DNA from: Spirochaetota bacterium
GTDB taxonomy: Bacteria; Spirochaetota; UBA4802; UB4802
Assembly (NCBI GenBank): GCA_026414805.1
Contig: JAOAIH010000004.1
Coordinates: forward strand, 15,808-79,807
Length of the DNA stretch: 64,000 nucleotides
Direction: 5' to 3'
In this document: positions 42,803-53,794 of the stretch, one piece after another
Layout: each line of letters begins with the position of its first letter
Position numbering within the stretch: the stretch's first letter is position 1
Made by a program: the position numbers and the translations under genes
The notes under the pieces: model-generated
What the model was told of the DNA's origin: nothing
The model's input: only the letters and a program-made list of their open reading frames with translations
Databases searched by the model: none

Positions 42803-43483
42803 CTATTTCTCTGAGTTATAAAAAGCTACAACAAATTCTCCCTTTTGGGTAAGTTGTGTTGCTACCGCATCGACATCACCTGCTTCACAGTAAATAAATT
42901 GTTCAAAATGTTTTGTCATTTCTCTTCCAATGAAAATTTTAGATTTTGGCATTACTTCAGCAATTGCGTGCAACAATTTAACAATTCTATACGGGGATTC
43001 ATATACTACAATTATTGCATTCATGTGCGATAGCTCCTGCAACTGTTTTTTGCGCTTGCCTTCTTTCTTGCTTAAAAATCCAGCAAAATAAAATTCGGTT
43101 GATGGAAATCCACACACTGAAAGAATACAAGTTACTGCTGAGGGACCCGGTATAGGAATGACAGGAATATCGTTTTCTCTTGCCAGTGCTGCCAATTTGC
43201 CACCTGGATCTGATATGCCAGGGGTGCCTGAGTCAGTACAATATGCAACTGTTTTGCCAGATTGTATTTCCTGAATGATGCTGTGCAGTTTTGTATTGCT
43301 TGAATGGGTATGGAGTGAACGCAGTGGTACATTTATCCCATAATGGGTAAGAAGCTTTGCTGTCTGACGTGTGTCTTCACAATACACAATATCAGTTTCT
43401 TTCTTGAGAATACGCAGTGCACGCAATGTAATATCTTCAAGATTGCCAATAGGAGTTGCAATAATATATAGTTTTCCAGGCAT
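42803..43483 (-). CDS. rsmI: 16S rRNA (cytidine1402-2'-O)-methyltransferase RsmI
   Basis: 226 aa. N-terminus [34 protein letters not shown] is diagnostic of RsmI. Confidence 0.85.
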   Translation of the reverse strand: [226 protein letters not shown]

Positions 43484-43588
43484 ACATAGACCTTTTTGAT
43501 TTATTTGCTTGATTTTTTATCACAGTACCATAGTAATAGTTTTTCTTTCAAGTATAAACTTAAACAATGATTCAGGAGAAAAAGATAC

Positions 43589-44674
43589 ATGGCACGAATA
43601 TATAATTTTTCATCCGGGCCTTCAATTTTACCGTTGAGTGCGCTGGAAGAAGCAAGCAGGGAGCTTGTGGACTATAAACATACTGGAATGTCGCTTATTG
43701 AAATGAGCCATAGAGGAAAAATTTATGATCAGGTTCATAATGAGGCGATAGCTCTTGTAAAAGAGCTCCTTGCTGTGCCCGATGATTACACTGTTCTATT
43801 TATCCAGGGTGGGGCAACGCTGCAGTTTGGAATGATACCAATGGCATTTCTACAACCAGGTAGAATAGCAGATTTTGTTGTTACAGGAACGTGGGTAAAA
43901 AAGGCGTTTGAAGATGCAAAATGTATAGGTGAAGCAAGAATTATATGGGATGGTGCTGTAGAAAGATATCGCCGCATACCTACCCAGAAAGAGTTGAATT
44001 TTACTACTGGTGCTGAATATGTATATATATGTTCAAACGAGACAATTGATGGCATTCAGTGGCCTACAATGCCTGATACAGGAGGAATTCCATTAATTGT
44101 TGACATGTCGTCGGATATACTGTCACGGCCAGTTGAGTGGGATAAGGTAACTATGCTATTTGCGGGTACACAGAAAAATTTAGCTCCAGCTGGAATGGCA
44201 GTAGTCATAATGAAAAATGAACTGTTAGCTAAAGCACGAAAAGACCTTCCTGCATATTTGCGCTATGACTTGCATGCAAAAGAAAACTCTTTGTATAACA
44301 CTCCTCCCACTTTTACAGTGTGGATGACAACGCTTACATTAAAGTGGGTTAAATCAATTGGTGGAATGCCACAAATAGAAAAATTACGTGACCAGAAGGC
44401 AAAACTCATATATGATGCAATAGATGCAAGTGGCGGGTATTACATGTGCCCCGTGGATAAAAGCAGTCGTTCCAAAATGAATATAGTGTGGCGTTTACAC
44501 AACGAACAGCTGGAAGAACAATTTGTAAAAGAAGCTGAAAAAGAAGGCTTGAGTGGATTGAAAGGGCATCGCTCTGTGGGTGGACTCAGGGCATCAATCT
44601 ACAATGCTATGCCAGTGGAGGGCGTTGTAGCTCTTGTTGAATTTATGAATCATTTTATGCAGAAAAACGGGTAA
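43589..44674 (+). CDS. serC: Phosphoserine aminotransferase SerC
   Basis: 361 aa. N-terminus IYNFSSGPSILP is the SerC start motif. Aminotransferase class V fold. Confidence 0.85.
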   Translation: MARIYNFSSGPSILPLSALEEASRELVDYKHTGMSLIEMSHRGKIYDQVHNEAIALVKELLAVPDDYTVLFIQGGATLQFGMIPMAFLQPGRIADFVVTGTWVKKAFEDAKCIGEARIIWDGAVERYRRIPTQKELNFTTGAEYVYICSNETIDGIQWPTMPDTGGIPLIVDMSSDILSRPVEWDKVTMLFAGTQKNLAPAGMAVVIMKNELLAKARKDLPAYLRYDLHAKENSLYNTPPTFTVWMTTLTLKWVKSIGGMPQIEKLRDQKAKLIYDAIDASGGYYMCPVDKSSRSKMNIVWRLHNEQLEEQFVKEAEKEGLSGLKGHRSVGGLRASIYNAMPVEGVVALVEFMNHFMQKNG

Positions 44675-44679
44675 CAGCT

Positions 44680-45042
44680 ATGGATGATAGGGCAATTTAT
44701 TCAGAACACAGACCATGGGGTTTTTATGAAGTGCTATCGGACACAGAAACCCACAAGGTAAAACGTATAACAGTATATCCAAAGAAACGCTTAAGCTTGC
44801 AGCGGCATAAAAAGCGCAAAGAGCATTGGTTTTTTGTGTCGGGTCAGGGCATAGTGACTCTTGATATGAATGAAGTGAAGGTACAACAGGGAGTAAGCGT
44901 TGATATAGATTTTAACGTATTGCACAGAGTCGAAAATACCGGTGATGAAAATCTTGTATATATTGAAGTTCAGCTTGGAGAATACTTTGGTGAGGATGAT
45001 ATAGAACGAATTGAAGATGACTTTGGCAGAGCTAAAAAATAA
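44680..45042 (+). CDS. Cupin-domain protein (mannose-6-phosphate isomerase type II C-terminal-like)
   Basis: 120 aa. Cupin motifs (RPWGFYEVL..., HWFFVSGQGIV, VLHRVENTGDENLVYIEVQ). Confidence 0.65.
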   Translation: MDDRAIYSEHRPWGFYEVLSDTETHKVKRITVYPKKRLSLQRHKKRKEHWFFVSGQGIVTLDMNEVKVQQGVSVDIDFNVLHRVENTGDENLVYIEVQLGEYFGEDDIERIEDDFGRAKK

Positions 45043-45190
45043 CGTGTAACATTTTTGTTATTTGTTTTTCAAATAATTTTTAAAAGACTGGCGGAATGAT
45101 TGCAACAGATCGTGATAATTATATAATCGTTCATGCTGTCATAGTGCAAATTGTGTGTAAAAAATCTTTTCTTTAAAGTACCATGTTAAG

Positions 45191-45205
45191 TGGCACAGCT
45201 ATTGA
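45191..45205 (+). promoter_or_regulatory. Possible sigma-54-type promoter (TGGCACagctaTTGA) about 140 bp upstream of the GldA-like ABC operon
   Basis: Matches the -24 TGGCAC element and the -12 TTG of TTGCW with correct spacing. The C of the -12 GC dinucleotide is an A here. Confidence 0.25.
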
Positions 45206-45337
45206 GTTACAGAATCTCATATTAAAATGTCAGGATTCTTGATTATTTTGCTATCTTTTAAAGGTTTAAGATAATTTGCAATTGAATGTTTATCGTACCG
45301 TGTGCAATGACAATCACCATATAATTTTAACAGGAGG

Positions 45338-46273
45338 ATGCTATACATGATTAATGTTTTGAATCTGGTAAAGCATTACGGTGAAGTAAAAGCTGTTGAT
45401 GGCATTTCTTTTACAATCAGGAAGGGTGAAATAACTGGGTTGCTTGGCCCAAATGGAGCAGGCAAGACCACAACCTTGCGAATATTGACAGGATACTTGC
45501 AGCCAACCAGTGGAGTAGTAAGTGTCGATGAGTTTCTTGTTAACGAAAACCCAATAGAAGTCAAAAAGCGAATAGGGTACCTACCTGAATCAGCTCCCCT
45601 GTATCCTGATATGATTGTATATGATTTTTTGCAGTTTATGGCTGATATACGGGATGTGTATGATAAGGAAAGGATTAAAGATGTTGCAATACAGTGTGGC
45701 ATTACTGAAGTGATGCATAAAAATATAAGTGAGCTGTCAAAGGGATATAAACAGCGTGTTGGACTGGCACAGGCTATTTTACATGATCCTGAGATACTTA
45801 TTCTTGATGAGCCAACCAACGGGCTTGATCCAAATCAGATTATTGAGATACGTGACCTAATAAAAGAATTAGGGAAAGAAAAGACAGTAATACTGTCAAC
45901 TCATATATTGCAGGAAGTTGAAGCTACATGTAACAGGGTAATAATAATTGATAAGGGTGCGATAGTAGCTGACGATTCTACCAGTGAACTTAAAAGTGCA
46001 AAGGGAAAAGATATTCGTATCAATTGCATTGTTGGTGGTACCACATTTGATGCTATCCATAATGTGTTAAAGAACATTCCAGGTATTAAAGACGTAAAAC
46101 ATGTGCGCGATGAGGGGCAATTGTGCCATATTCAAGTATTGACTGGAGCAGATGTAGATATGCGCCCGGCTGTATTTAATTGTGCCAAAGACAATGGCTG
46201 GACACTGTATGAGATGAACAGGGAATACCGAAGCTTGGAGCATGTATTCCGCGAACTTACTGTAGGAGTATAA
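45338..46273 (+). CDS. ABC transporter ATP-binding protein (GldA-like)
   Basis: 311 aa. Walker A GPNGAGKTTT, ABC signature LSKGYKQRV, Walker B ILILDEPTNGLD. The start may be the Met at 45347. Confidence 0.85.
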   Translation: MLYMINVLNLVKHYGEVKAVDGISFTIRKGEITGLLGPNGAGKTTTLRILTGYLQPTSGVVSVDEFLVNENPIEVKKRIGYLPESAPLYPDMIVYDFLQFMADIRDVYDKERIKDVAIQCGITEVMHKNISELSKGYKQRVGLAQAILHDPEILILDEPTNGLDPNQIIEIRDLIKELGKEKTVILSTHILQEVEATCNRVIIIDKGAIVADDSTSELKSAKGKDIRINCIVGGTTFDAIHNVLKNIPGIKDVKHVRDEGQLCHIQVLTGADVDMRPAVFNCAKDNGWTLYEMNREYRSLEHVFRELTVGV

Positions 46274-46293
46274 TGAGTATAAGGAGGATGAGG

Positions 46294-47019
46294 ATGGAAC
46301 AATTTAAGGAAATCATGAAAGGTGCAAAGCTTATTGCTAAAAAGGAACTTTCAGGATATTTTTCAACACCAATAGGATATATTGTTATTTCAGTATTTTT
46401 GGTTATTGCAGGATTTTTATTCTTCTCAACATTCTTTTTGTATGGGCAAGCTGAGCTGAGAGCATATTTTGAACTGCTTCCTCTATTGTTTGCCTTTGTA
46501 ATACCAGCTGTCACCATGCGGCTTTTTGCTGAGGAACGCAACACTGGTTCATTTGAAATGCTTATGACATTGCCTCTGTCAACTGTGCAGGTAGTTATAG
46601 GTAAAATTATGGCAGCCACTTTGTTTGCCGCTGTAATGATATCGCCCACTCTGGTATATGCTATATCGGTAGCCTTTGTGGGATCTCTTGATATTGGTCC
46701 GGTTATTGGAGGGTATGTAGGTGCAGTGTTACTGGCAGCTGCGTATGCTTCAATTGGTGTGTTTGCATCTTCCATGACAAAAAATCAGATTGTTGCATTC
46801 ATCATAGGCTTTGCTATTTGCATTGTGCTATCGCTCATTACTAAATTTTTATACTTTATTTCCCCTAAACTGGTTTCACTATTTGAATACATCAGTGCCG
46901 ACTACCATTTTCAGAATATAGCTCGTGGTGTTGTTGATTCTCGCAATATTATATATTTTGCTTCAGTAATTGTATTAAGCTCAATGGCAAGCATCTATCA
47001 GCTGGAGGTGAAAAGATAA
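46294..47019 (+). CDS. ABC-2-type permease (GldF-like)
   Basis: About 241 aa with six hydrophobic helices. Start placed at the Met preceded by AGGAGG (track ORF starts at 46273). Confidence 0.7.
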   Translation: MEQFKEIMKGAKLIAKKELSGYFSTPIGYIVISVFLVIAGFLFFSTFFLYGQAELRAYFELLPLLFAFVIPAVTMRLFAEERNTGSFEMLMTLPLSTVQVVIGKIMAATLFAAVMISPTLVYAISVAFVGSLDIGPVIGGYVGAVLLAAAYASIGVFASSMTKNQIVAFIIGFAICIVLSLITKFLYFISPKLVSLFEYISADYHFQNIARGVVDSRNIIYFASVIVLSSMASIYQLEVKR

Positions 47020-47021
47020 TT

Positions 47022-49169
47022 ATGGACAAAAGAAAAATTAATGATGTAATTGCTAAGCTTAAAGCTAACATTTCAACCATCTATATACAGGCAGTACAAA
47101 AGCTAAAGGCGCAAACCCAGGCTCACGATAGCCACATGCATAAAAGCTATTCACATTTTTTTCTGTATGGTGTGATTGTTGTGTTAATTAATTTAGTTGG
47201 TCTTACATTGTATTTCAGGGTGGATCTGACAAAAAATAGCGTATATTCGCTATCGCCTATAAGCAAAGAGGTAGTGTCATCACTTGAGGAGCCGCTGACT
47301 ATTAAAATATTTTTTAATAAGGACCTTCCTGCTCCATATAATGCAGTGTATCGGTATCTTCAGGATTTGATGGTGGAGTACGATAACGCTGGCAACAGGT
47401 ATTTCAGCTATGAGTTTATAGATGTTGAAAAACAAAAGGATGCTGCTTCGGACTTTGGGATTTATCCAGTACAGATACGTGAGATACGAAACGATCAGGT
47501 TAAATTCAGAAATGCATATATGGGGCTTGCAATTATCCATGGCGATTTGATAGAAAAAATTGATTCAATCACTGAACCAGAGGGACTGGAGTATCGTATC
47601 ACAACATTAATAAAAAAGATGAATGGCAAGATTGATTCATTGCTTAAATTGAAAGAACCTATCACCGTTACATTGTATGCCAGCAGTAACCTCCCCATTC
47701 CTGGCATGCAGAATTTAAATGAGCGTGTATATGCTGAGGTACAAAAATGCAATATACGAAACTACAATAAAATTCAATACCGCTATATAGATCCACTTCA
47801 AAATCCTCAAGGGAATACTCTTGCGCAGATGTATGGATTGCCCATGCTTATATGGCCACGCTTTACTACTATGGAAGGTAAGGTTGTTGATCCCGGTGAA
47901 GGCATGGTTGGCATCGTAGTGGAATATAATAATAAATTTGAAACGGTACAGATTCTTACACGCTCAATTTTTGGACAATATGCAGTTGGCGATCTGACTC
48001 GCCTTGAAGATATGCTCAATGCTGCTATAGATAATTTGATTAGCATTAATCCAAAAGTTGGGTATATAGTGGGGCATGGCGAACGTGATATTAATGATGA
48101 ACAGAATGGTGCAGCGCAGTTTAAGAAGATGATTGCTGATATGTATGACCTTGTCACAATTGATATTACAAAAGATGATATACCAAATGACATCCAAACC
48201 ATTATAATCAATGGCCCACGATCTATGTACAGCGAATATGATTTGTATAAAATTGATCAGTTTTTAATGCACGGCGGAAGTGCTGTTATATTGCTGGACT
48301 CATATGTGGAACAGCAGACGCAAGGTATGCAAATGTTCCAACGCCCCCCACAAGCCTTGCCGGTATTTACCGGTCTTGAAGGAATGCTTGCACATTATGG
48401 CATTACAGTAGGCAGGGATATTGTGATGGATAAGCAGTGCTTCATTGCCCAACAACGAGGGTTGGGCGAGCTGACGATATATTTTGCTCCAATGATTTCG
48501 GAAGATGGTCTGGCAAAGGATAGCGAGATAACTAAATATTTAAAGAAGATAGTATTTTTAAAAGCTTCGTCCATTACGGTTGATGAACAGTTGTTAAAAG
48601 AAAATAAAGCTTCTGCCAAATATATTGTAAAATCATCACCCTATAGTTGGCTTCAACAGGGCAATATTAGCTTTATGCCATGGGGTGCCAATCCTCCACA
48701 GGATTCAGCACTCAAACAATATAATTTAGCTGTTTTGGTGCAGGGAAATATTAAAAGCTACTTTGCTGACAGACAACCCAAAATAGATGTTAAAGAAAAA
48801 GCAAAAACAAAAGATTATATTGAACAGGCAGCTTTGAAGCAGAGTGTAAAACCGGTTAAGCTATTTGTAGCAGGTACATCAGAAATTACAGGCCGTAATA
48901 TTATCGATGAAGAGGGAAAATCACCCAATGCAGTGTTTATGCATAATGTGATAGATTACATGCAGGGTAACTATGCCATTCCGCAGATGCGCAGCAAGGG
49001 CCTATCGTTTAATCCACTCAAAGAAACGTCTGATACGGCAAAAAGTATTATCAAGGGCATAAATATTGCTGGACTGCCTCTTTTAGTTATTCTGGCCGGT
49101 GTTCTGTATATGTGGCGCAAAAAAATTCGCCGCAGGCGCATTGAAGAACAATTTTCCAGTAAGGTATAA
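47022..49169 (+). CDS. GldG-like ABC-transporter auxiliary protein
   Basis: 715 aa. N-terminal and C-terminal transmembrane helices flank a large extracytoplasmic domain. The ATPase-permease-GldG order is typical. Confidence 0.65.
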   Translation: MDKRKINDVIAKLKANISTIYIQAVQKLKAQTQAHDSHMHKSYSHFFLYGVIVVLINLVGLTLYFRVDLTKNSVYSLSPISKEVVSSLEEPLTIKIFFNKDLPAPYNAVYRYLQDLMVEYDNAGNRYFSYEFIDVEKQKDAASDFGIYPVQIREIRNDQVKFRNAYMGLAIIHGDLIEKIDSITEPEGLEYRITTLIKKMNGKIDSLLKLKEPITVTLYASSNLPIPGMQNLNERVYAEVQKCNIRNYNKIQYRYIDPLQNPQGNTLAQMYGLPMLIWPRFTTMEGKVVDPGEGMVGIVVEYNNKFETVQILTRSIFGQYAVGDLTRLEDMLNAAIDNLISINPKVGYIVGHGERDINDEQNGAAQFKKMIADMYDLVTIDITKDDIPNDIQTIIINGPRSMYSEYDLYKIDQFLMHGGSAVILLDSYVEQQTQGMQMFQRPPQALPVFTGLEGMLAHYGITVGRDIVMDKQCFIAQQRGLGELTIYFAPMISEDGLAKDSEITKYLKKIVFLKASSITVDEQLLKENKASAKYIVKSSPYSWLQQGNISFMPWGANPPQDSALKQYNLAVLVQGNIKSYFADRQPKIDVKEKAKTKDYIEQAALKQSVKPVKLFVAGTSEITGRNIIDEEGKSPNAVFMHNVIDYMQGNYAIPQMRSKGLSFNPLKETSDTAKSIIKGINIAGLPLLVILAGVLYMWRKKIRRRRIEEQFSSKV

Positions 49170-49190
49170 TAACACAAAAGAGGTGTTGCA

Positions 49191-50153
49191 ATGCAAATGA
49201 AGAAAAACATTATTATCAGTATTGTGGTGATAGTTTTATTGGCAGGATATTTGGTTTTCAATACTTTGACTACTAAAACTATAAAGAAACTTCCTGCTAT
49301 TAAGGATCCAATAACAGAGCTAGTGCTTAAAAAAGGGGAAAGCATAATCATTATCAAAAAAGATGGTGATAGTTGGAAAGTAAATGAATTTGAAGGTGAT
49401 AAGAATGTTATTGCTAATATGGAAAACAAGATAAAAGATCTAAAGGTAACTGATCTGGTAAGCGATAAACCGCATTATGAGCGCTTTGAACTTGATAGTG
49501 CACATGCAATACATGTGCAGGCAAAAAGCAATGGTCAGACTGTACGTGATTTCTATATCGGCAAAAAAGGGAGTACCTATCGCCATACTTATGTTCGTTT
49601 TGAGGGCGACCCTAAAGTATATTTAGCAGAAGATACATTGGATTCATACTTCAACAAAACCGTAGACGATTTGCGCAACAAGGATATAGTGCAGATTGAT
49701 ATTGCAAAAATTGAATTGGTAAAGCTATGGTACAAAAATGCAACGCTAACATTGCAAAAGACTATAGTGGAAAAGAAAAAAGAATCATCTGGTCAGGATA
49801 AAGACAAGCAAGGCCAGATTGAAAAGGAAGAGCAATGGACATGTAAAGAATATCCAAATGTAAAATTAGATAATGACAAGGTAAAGGAAATTCTTTATAC
49901 GTTTGACCCTCTGAAAGCGTATTCATTTCCTGAAATTGATGCAAAAAGTTTAACCGGCAAGATTGCTTCAGTTAGCGTTACAGTAAAACAAGATGATAAC
50001 ACAAAAAAATCTGAAGAAATCACTCTTGTTATTCACAAAGAATTTGAAAACAATAGATATCTTTGTACCAGCTCAAAAACAAAATATGTTTTTACTTTGG
50101 ATGAGTGGAGAGCTAAGAGAGTATTTAAGACTCTTCAGGATTTAAAGAAATAA
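49191..50153 (+). CDS. DUF4340-like protein, often found with gldG homologues
   Basis: 320 aa. N-terminal transmembrane or signal segment. Immediately follows the GldG-like gene. Confidence 0.45.
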   Translation: MQMKKNIIISIVVIVLLAGYLVFNTLTTKTIKKLPAIKDPITELVLKKGESIIIIKKDGDSWKVNEFEGDKNVIANMENKIKDLKVTDLVSDKPHYERFELDSAHAIHVQAKSNGQTVRDFYIGKKGSTYRHTYVRFEGDPKVYLAEDTLDSYFNKTVDDLRNKDIVQIDIAKIELVKLWYKNATLTLQKTIVEKKKESSGQDKDKQGQIEKEEQWTCKEYPNVKLDNDKVKEILYTFDPLKAYSFPEIDAKSLTGKIASVSVTVKQDDNTKKSEEITLVIHKEFENNRYLCTSSKTKYVFTLDEWRAKRVFKTLQDLKK

Positions 50154-50500
50154 TCTGTAGCATAGAGTATTTTTAAAAGAAAAACGGAAATAAGGTTATA
50201 TCATCAATACCAGTTGAGCTACCATGTACGGTGGCTCTACTGGTATTATAAACCTGCCAGATGGTATACCACAATTAGTATGCCAACAATATTTATAAAG
50301 ATTAATATAAAAATTAGAAATAAAAATTTGTATATGCTATATTCAATACAAATTATGTATGTTGTATTTACATTATCAATAGAATATAAGATTTGTTGAT
50401 GTAATAATGACATTTTATTTTATCAAAAAAATTTGTGCAGTGAATTAAGTAACTACAAAGTATAAGTTTGTATACTCATGCTAAGATAAGGAGAAAAGCA

Positions 50501-51847
50501 ATGGGTGATATTGAAAAATGGGAATACCAGAAAAAGAAAATAACTGCAGAACAAGCTGCAGCAATGGTAAAATCGGGTGATAGGATATTTTATGGTGAAT
50601 TTGTTTTGTTCCCAGAGGCTATTGATGAAGCACTATCTAAACGCGTGAATGAATTGCGTAACGTAGATGTTCGCAGTGTATGCTATATGCGCGTTCCAAA
50701 AATAGTTGAAGTTGATCCTGAAAGAAAGCATTTCATTCTCAATGACTTTCATTTTGGAACAATCTCTAGAAGATTATATGATCAGCATCTTTGTAATTAT
50801 ATTCCAATAACCTATCATCAGGGGCCAAGAGTTATAAGGAAATATCTTGATTTTGATGTAGCATTTTTAACAGTTGGGCCCATGGATCCCAGAGGGTATT
50901 TTAATTATGGGCTGGCTAATTCTGTTACATCAGCAGTGGTAACAAAGGCTAAAAAGATAATAGTGGAAGTAAATGAAAATGTACCGTATTGTTTGGGTGG
51001 CAATCAGGAGTCCATTCATATATCGCGCGTTGATTACATTGTAGAAGGCAAAAACTTGCCGTTGCCGCAGATACCAGCTCTTGAACCAACTGATATCGAT
51101 AAGCGTATAGCAAAACATTTACTTGAGCAAATTGAAGACGGATCATGCCTGCAGTTAGGAATTGGTGGCCTACCAAACGTTGTTGGTAAGATGATAGCCG
51201 AAAGTGATCTTAAGGATTTGGGTGTGCATACTGAAATGCTTGTGGATTCTTATGTTGATTTGTATCATGCAGGGAGGGTAACAGGAGCAAGGAAAAATAT
51301 TGATAAATACAAAATGAGCTATACATTTGCCATGGGTACCAATAAGCTATATGACTTTCTCCATCATAATCCAACCTGTGCATCGTATCCCGTGAACTAT
51401 ATTAATGATCCAAGGATTATAGCTCTTAATGACAAAGTTGTTGCTGTGAATAATGCCATTGCTGTTGATTTATTCAGTCAGGTGTGCTCAGAATCTGCAG
51501 GAATTGCTCATAAATCGGGAACGGGTGGCCAATTGGATTTTATATTTGGTGCTTTTGGTTCACATGGTGGTAAAGGATTCATCTGTTTATCTTCTACTTA
51601 TACCGATAAAAATGGTAATCTTGTTTCTCGGATTGTTCCAACATTGCCCCCAGGATCGATTGTAACGGTTCCTCGTTCTATTGTACAATATGTTGTTACA
51701 GAATATGGTGCGGTACAGCTTAAAGGGAAATCCACCTGGGAGCGAGCAGAAGCCCTGATTAGTATAGCCCATCCAGATTTCAGAGATGAATTGATAAAAA
51801 AAGCTGATGAAATGAATATATGGACTAAGACAAATAAGATTGAATAA
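50501..51847 (+). CDS. Acetyl-CoA hydrolase/transferase-family CoA-transferase (4-hydroxybutyrate or succinyl-CoA:acetate type)
   Basis: About 448 aa from [10 protein letters not shown], preceded by AAGGAG. Conserved GIGG(L)PN and GTGGQLDF regions of the family. Confidence 0.75.
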   Translation: MGDIEKWEYQKKKITAEQAAAMVKSGDRIFYGEFVLFPEAIDEALSKRVNELRNVDVRSVCYMRVPKIVEVDPERKHFILNDFHFGTISRRLYDQHLCNYIPITYHQGPRVIRKYLDFDVAFLTVGPMDPRGYFNYGLANSVTSAVVTKAKKIIVEVNENVPYCLGGNQESIHISRVDYIVEGKNLPLPQIPALEPTDIDKRIAKHLLEQIEDGSCLQLGIGGLPNVVGKMIAESDLKDLGVHTEMLVDSYVDLYHAGRVTGARKNIDKYKMSYTFAMGTNKLYDFLHHNPTCASYPVNYINDPRIIALNDKVVAVNNAIAVDLFSQVCSESAGIAHKSGTGGQLDFIFGAFGSHGGKGFICLSSTYTDKNGNLVSRIVPTLPPGSIVTVPRSIVQYVVTEYGAVQLKGKSTWERAEALISIAHPDFRDELIKKADEMNIWTKTNKIE

Positions 51848-51850
51848 AAT

Positions 51851-51890
51851 AAAAACGCCGGGATCAAACCGGCGTTTTTATTTTCTATTT
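51851..51890. terminator. Bidirectional rho-independent terminator between the CoA-transferase (+) and acs (-) genes
   Basis: AAAACGCCGG-GATCAAA-CCGGCGTTTTTATTTTCTATTTT: a GC-rich 8-bp stem flanked by an A-run and a T-run. Confidence 0.8.
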
Positions 51891-51901
51891 TCTATTGTCG
51901 T

Positions 51902-53794
51902 CTATCCACTCACAGTTATTTTTGACAACGCATCTTTTATTTCATCCAGTATAGCCGGATCATCAATAGTAGATGGTACAGAATATGGCTTTTTATCTGC
52001 TATTTTGCGCATTGTGCCACGTAAAATTTTTCCCGATCGAGTTTTTGGCAATCTATTAACAATAAGAGTAGTTTTATAGCATGCAACTGCACCAATCTGA
52101 TCACGAACCATCTGCGCTAGTTCACTTTGGATCTGTTCATGGCTCTTTGAACTGCCTTCTTTTAAGACTACAAATCCTACAGGTAACTGCCCCTTAAAAC
52201 TATCTTCAACACCAATAACTGCGCATTCTGCAACATCGGGGTGTTTTGCAATTACTTCTTCCATGGCGCCAGTTGAAAGTCTGTGGCCTGCTACATTAAT
52301 GACATCGTCAATTCTGCCCATTATGTACAGGTAGCCATCCTCATCATAATAACCACCATCTCCGGTAAAGTAATACCCTTCATATATATCCAGGTACGAT
52401 TCCCTGAACTTTTCATCATTTTGCCACAGTGTTGGGAGTGTTCCGGGTGGGAGGGGTAGTTTAATGACCACAATACCTTCGGTTCCATTTGGAACCTGTT
52501 TGCCTTCATCATTGATAATATGTACCTGATAGCCAGGAACAGGTTTTGTTGGGGAACCAGCTTTAATAGGCAACAGTTCAATGCCCACACAGTTTGCTGC
52601 TACAGGCCATCCAGTTTCAGTTTGCCACCAGTGGTCAATGACAGGTTTTTGCAATAGATTTGAAGCCCAGTAATAAGTATCGGGATCCAGTCGTTCACCA
52701 GCAAGGAACAAATATTTAAATTGTGAAAGATCGTATTTTTTAAAGAACTCACCACCAGAATCTTCTTTTTTTATTGCCCTAAAAGCTGTAGGTGCAGTGA
52801 ATAATGCTTTAGCCTTGTGCTGAGAAATAACACGCCAGAAAGCGCCAGCATCCGGTGTGCCAACTGGTTTGCCCTCATACAGGATTGTTGTGGCACCGTA
52901 AATAAGTGGACCGTACACTATATATGAGTGTCCAACTACCCAGCCAACATCCGAAGCAGCCCACCACACATCACCTGGTTCAATACCATAAATATTTTTC
53001 ATGCTCCAGTGCAACGCTACTGCGTGGCCTCCATTGTCACGTACAACTCCTTTAGGAATGCCAGTAGTACCAGATGTATAAAGAATATATAATGGATCAG
53101 TTGCTTCAACTGGTACACATTCAGCAGGTTTTACACCACGTATTGCTTCATTCCAATCTATGTCTCGTCCTGGTATAAGTGAAGCCTTTACCTGGGGCCT
53201 TTGGTAAATAATGCAATGCTGGGGTTTATGATTTGCTATTTCTATAGCTTTGTCAAGCAGTGGCTTGTAGTCTATAACTTTTTTTCCTTCAATACCACAA
53301 GAAGCCGACACAATTAGTTTTGGTTTGGCATCATCAATACGTATTGCAAGCTCATTGGGTGCAAATCCACCAAACACAACGGAATGAATTGCTCCAATGC
53401 GTGCACATGCCAGCATCGCAACTGGCGCTTCGGGAATCATAGGCATATAAATAATAACTCTATCGCCTTTTTGTATGCCATACTTTTGCAATGCACCTGC
53501 AAAAGTTGAAACCATATCGAGCATTTCCTTATACGTAAATTGTGCGATAGTACCTGTAACAGGGCTATCATAGATTAAAGCAACCTGATTGCCTCTGCCA
53601 CTTTCTACATGACGGTCAATAGCGTTATAGCAGGTATTAAGCTGTCCACCTACAAACCATCGATAAAATGGTTTTCTGGAATCATCCAGCACTTTGGTAT
53701 ATGGTTTATACCAGTTGATTGCTTTTGCCGCTTCACTCCAAAATTTTTCAGGATTATTAATAGACTCATCATAAATTTTTTGATACAAGCTCAT
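51902..53794 (-). CDS. acs: Acetyl-coenzyme A synthetase (acetate-CoA ligase)
   Basis: 630 aa. AMP-binding motifs YTSGTTGIPKG, and the family's conserved N-terminal and C-terminal regions. Confidence 0.9.
   Translation of the reverse strand: MSLYQKIYDESINNPEKFWSEAAKAINWYKPYTKVLDDSRKPFYRWFVGGQLNTCYNAIDRHVESGRGNQVALIYDSPVTGTIAQFTYKEMLDMVSTFAGALQKYGIQKGDRVIIYMPMIPEAPVAMLACARIGAIHSVVFGGFAPNELAIRIDDAKPKLIVSASCGIEGKKVIDYKPLLDKAIEIANHKPQHCIIYQRPQVKASLIPGRDIDWNEAIRGVKPAECVPVEATDPLYILYTSGTTGIPKGVVRDNGGHAVALHWSMKNIYGIEPGDVWWAASDVGWVVGHSYIVYGPLIYGATTILYEGKPVGTPDAGAFWRVISQHKAKALFTAPTAFRAIKKEDSGGEFFKKYDLSQFKYLFLAGERLDPDTYYWASNLLQKPVIDHWWQTETGWPVAANCVGIELLPIKAGSPTKPVPGYQVHIINDEGKQVPNGTEGIVVIKLPLPPGTLPTLWQNDEKFRESYLDIYEGYYFTGDGGYYDEDGYLYIMGRIDDVINVAGHRLSTGAMEEVIAKHPDVAECAVIGVEDSFKGQLPVGFVVLKEGSSKSHEQIQSELAQMVRDQIGAVACYKTTLIVNRLPKTRSGKILRGTMRKIADKKPYSVPSTIDDPAILDEIKDALSKITVSG

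Noticed and set aside
50207-50246. Possible tRNA or tRNA-like element
   Set aside because: The hairpin lacks a cloverleaf, a T-loop GTTC and a CCA context. It was kept only as an unexplained structured element.
50214-50399. 61-aa ORF in the AT-rich spacer
   Set aside because: No ribosome-binding site, extreme AT-driven composition, and it overlaps the hairpin region. Likely non-coding.
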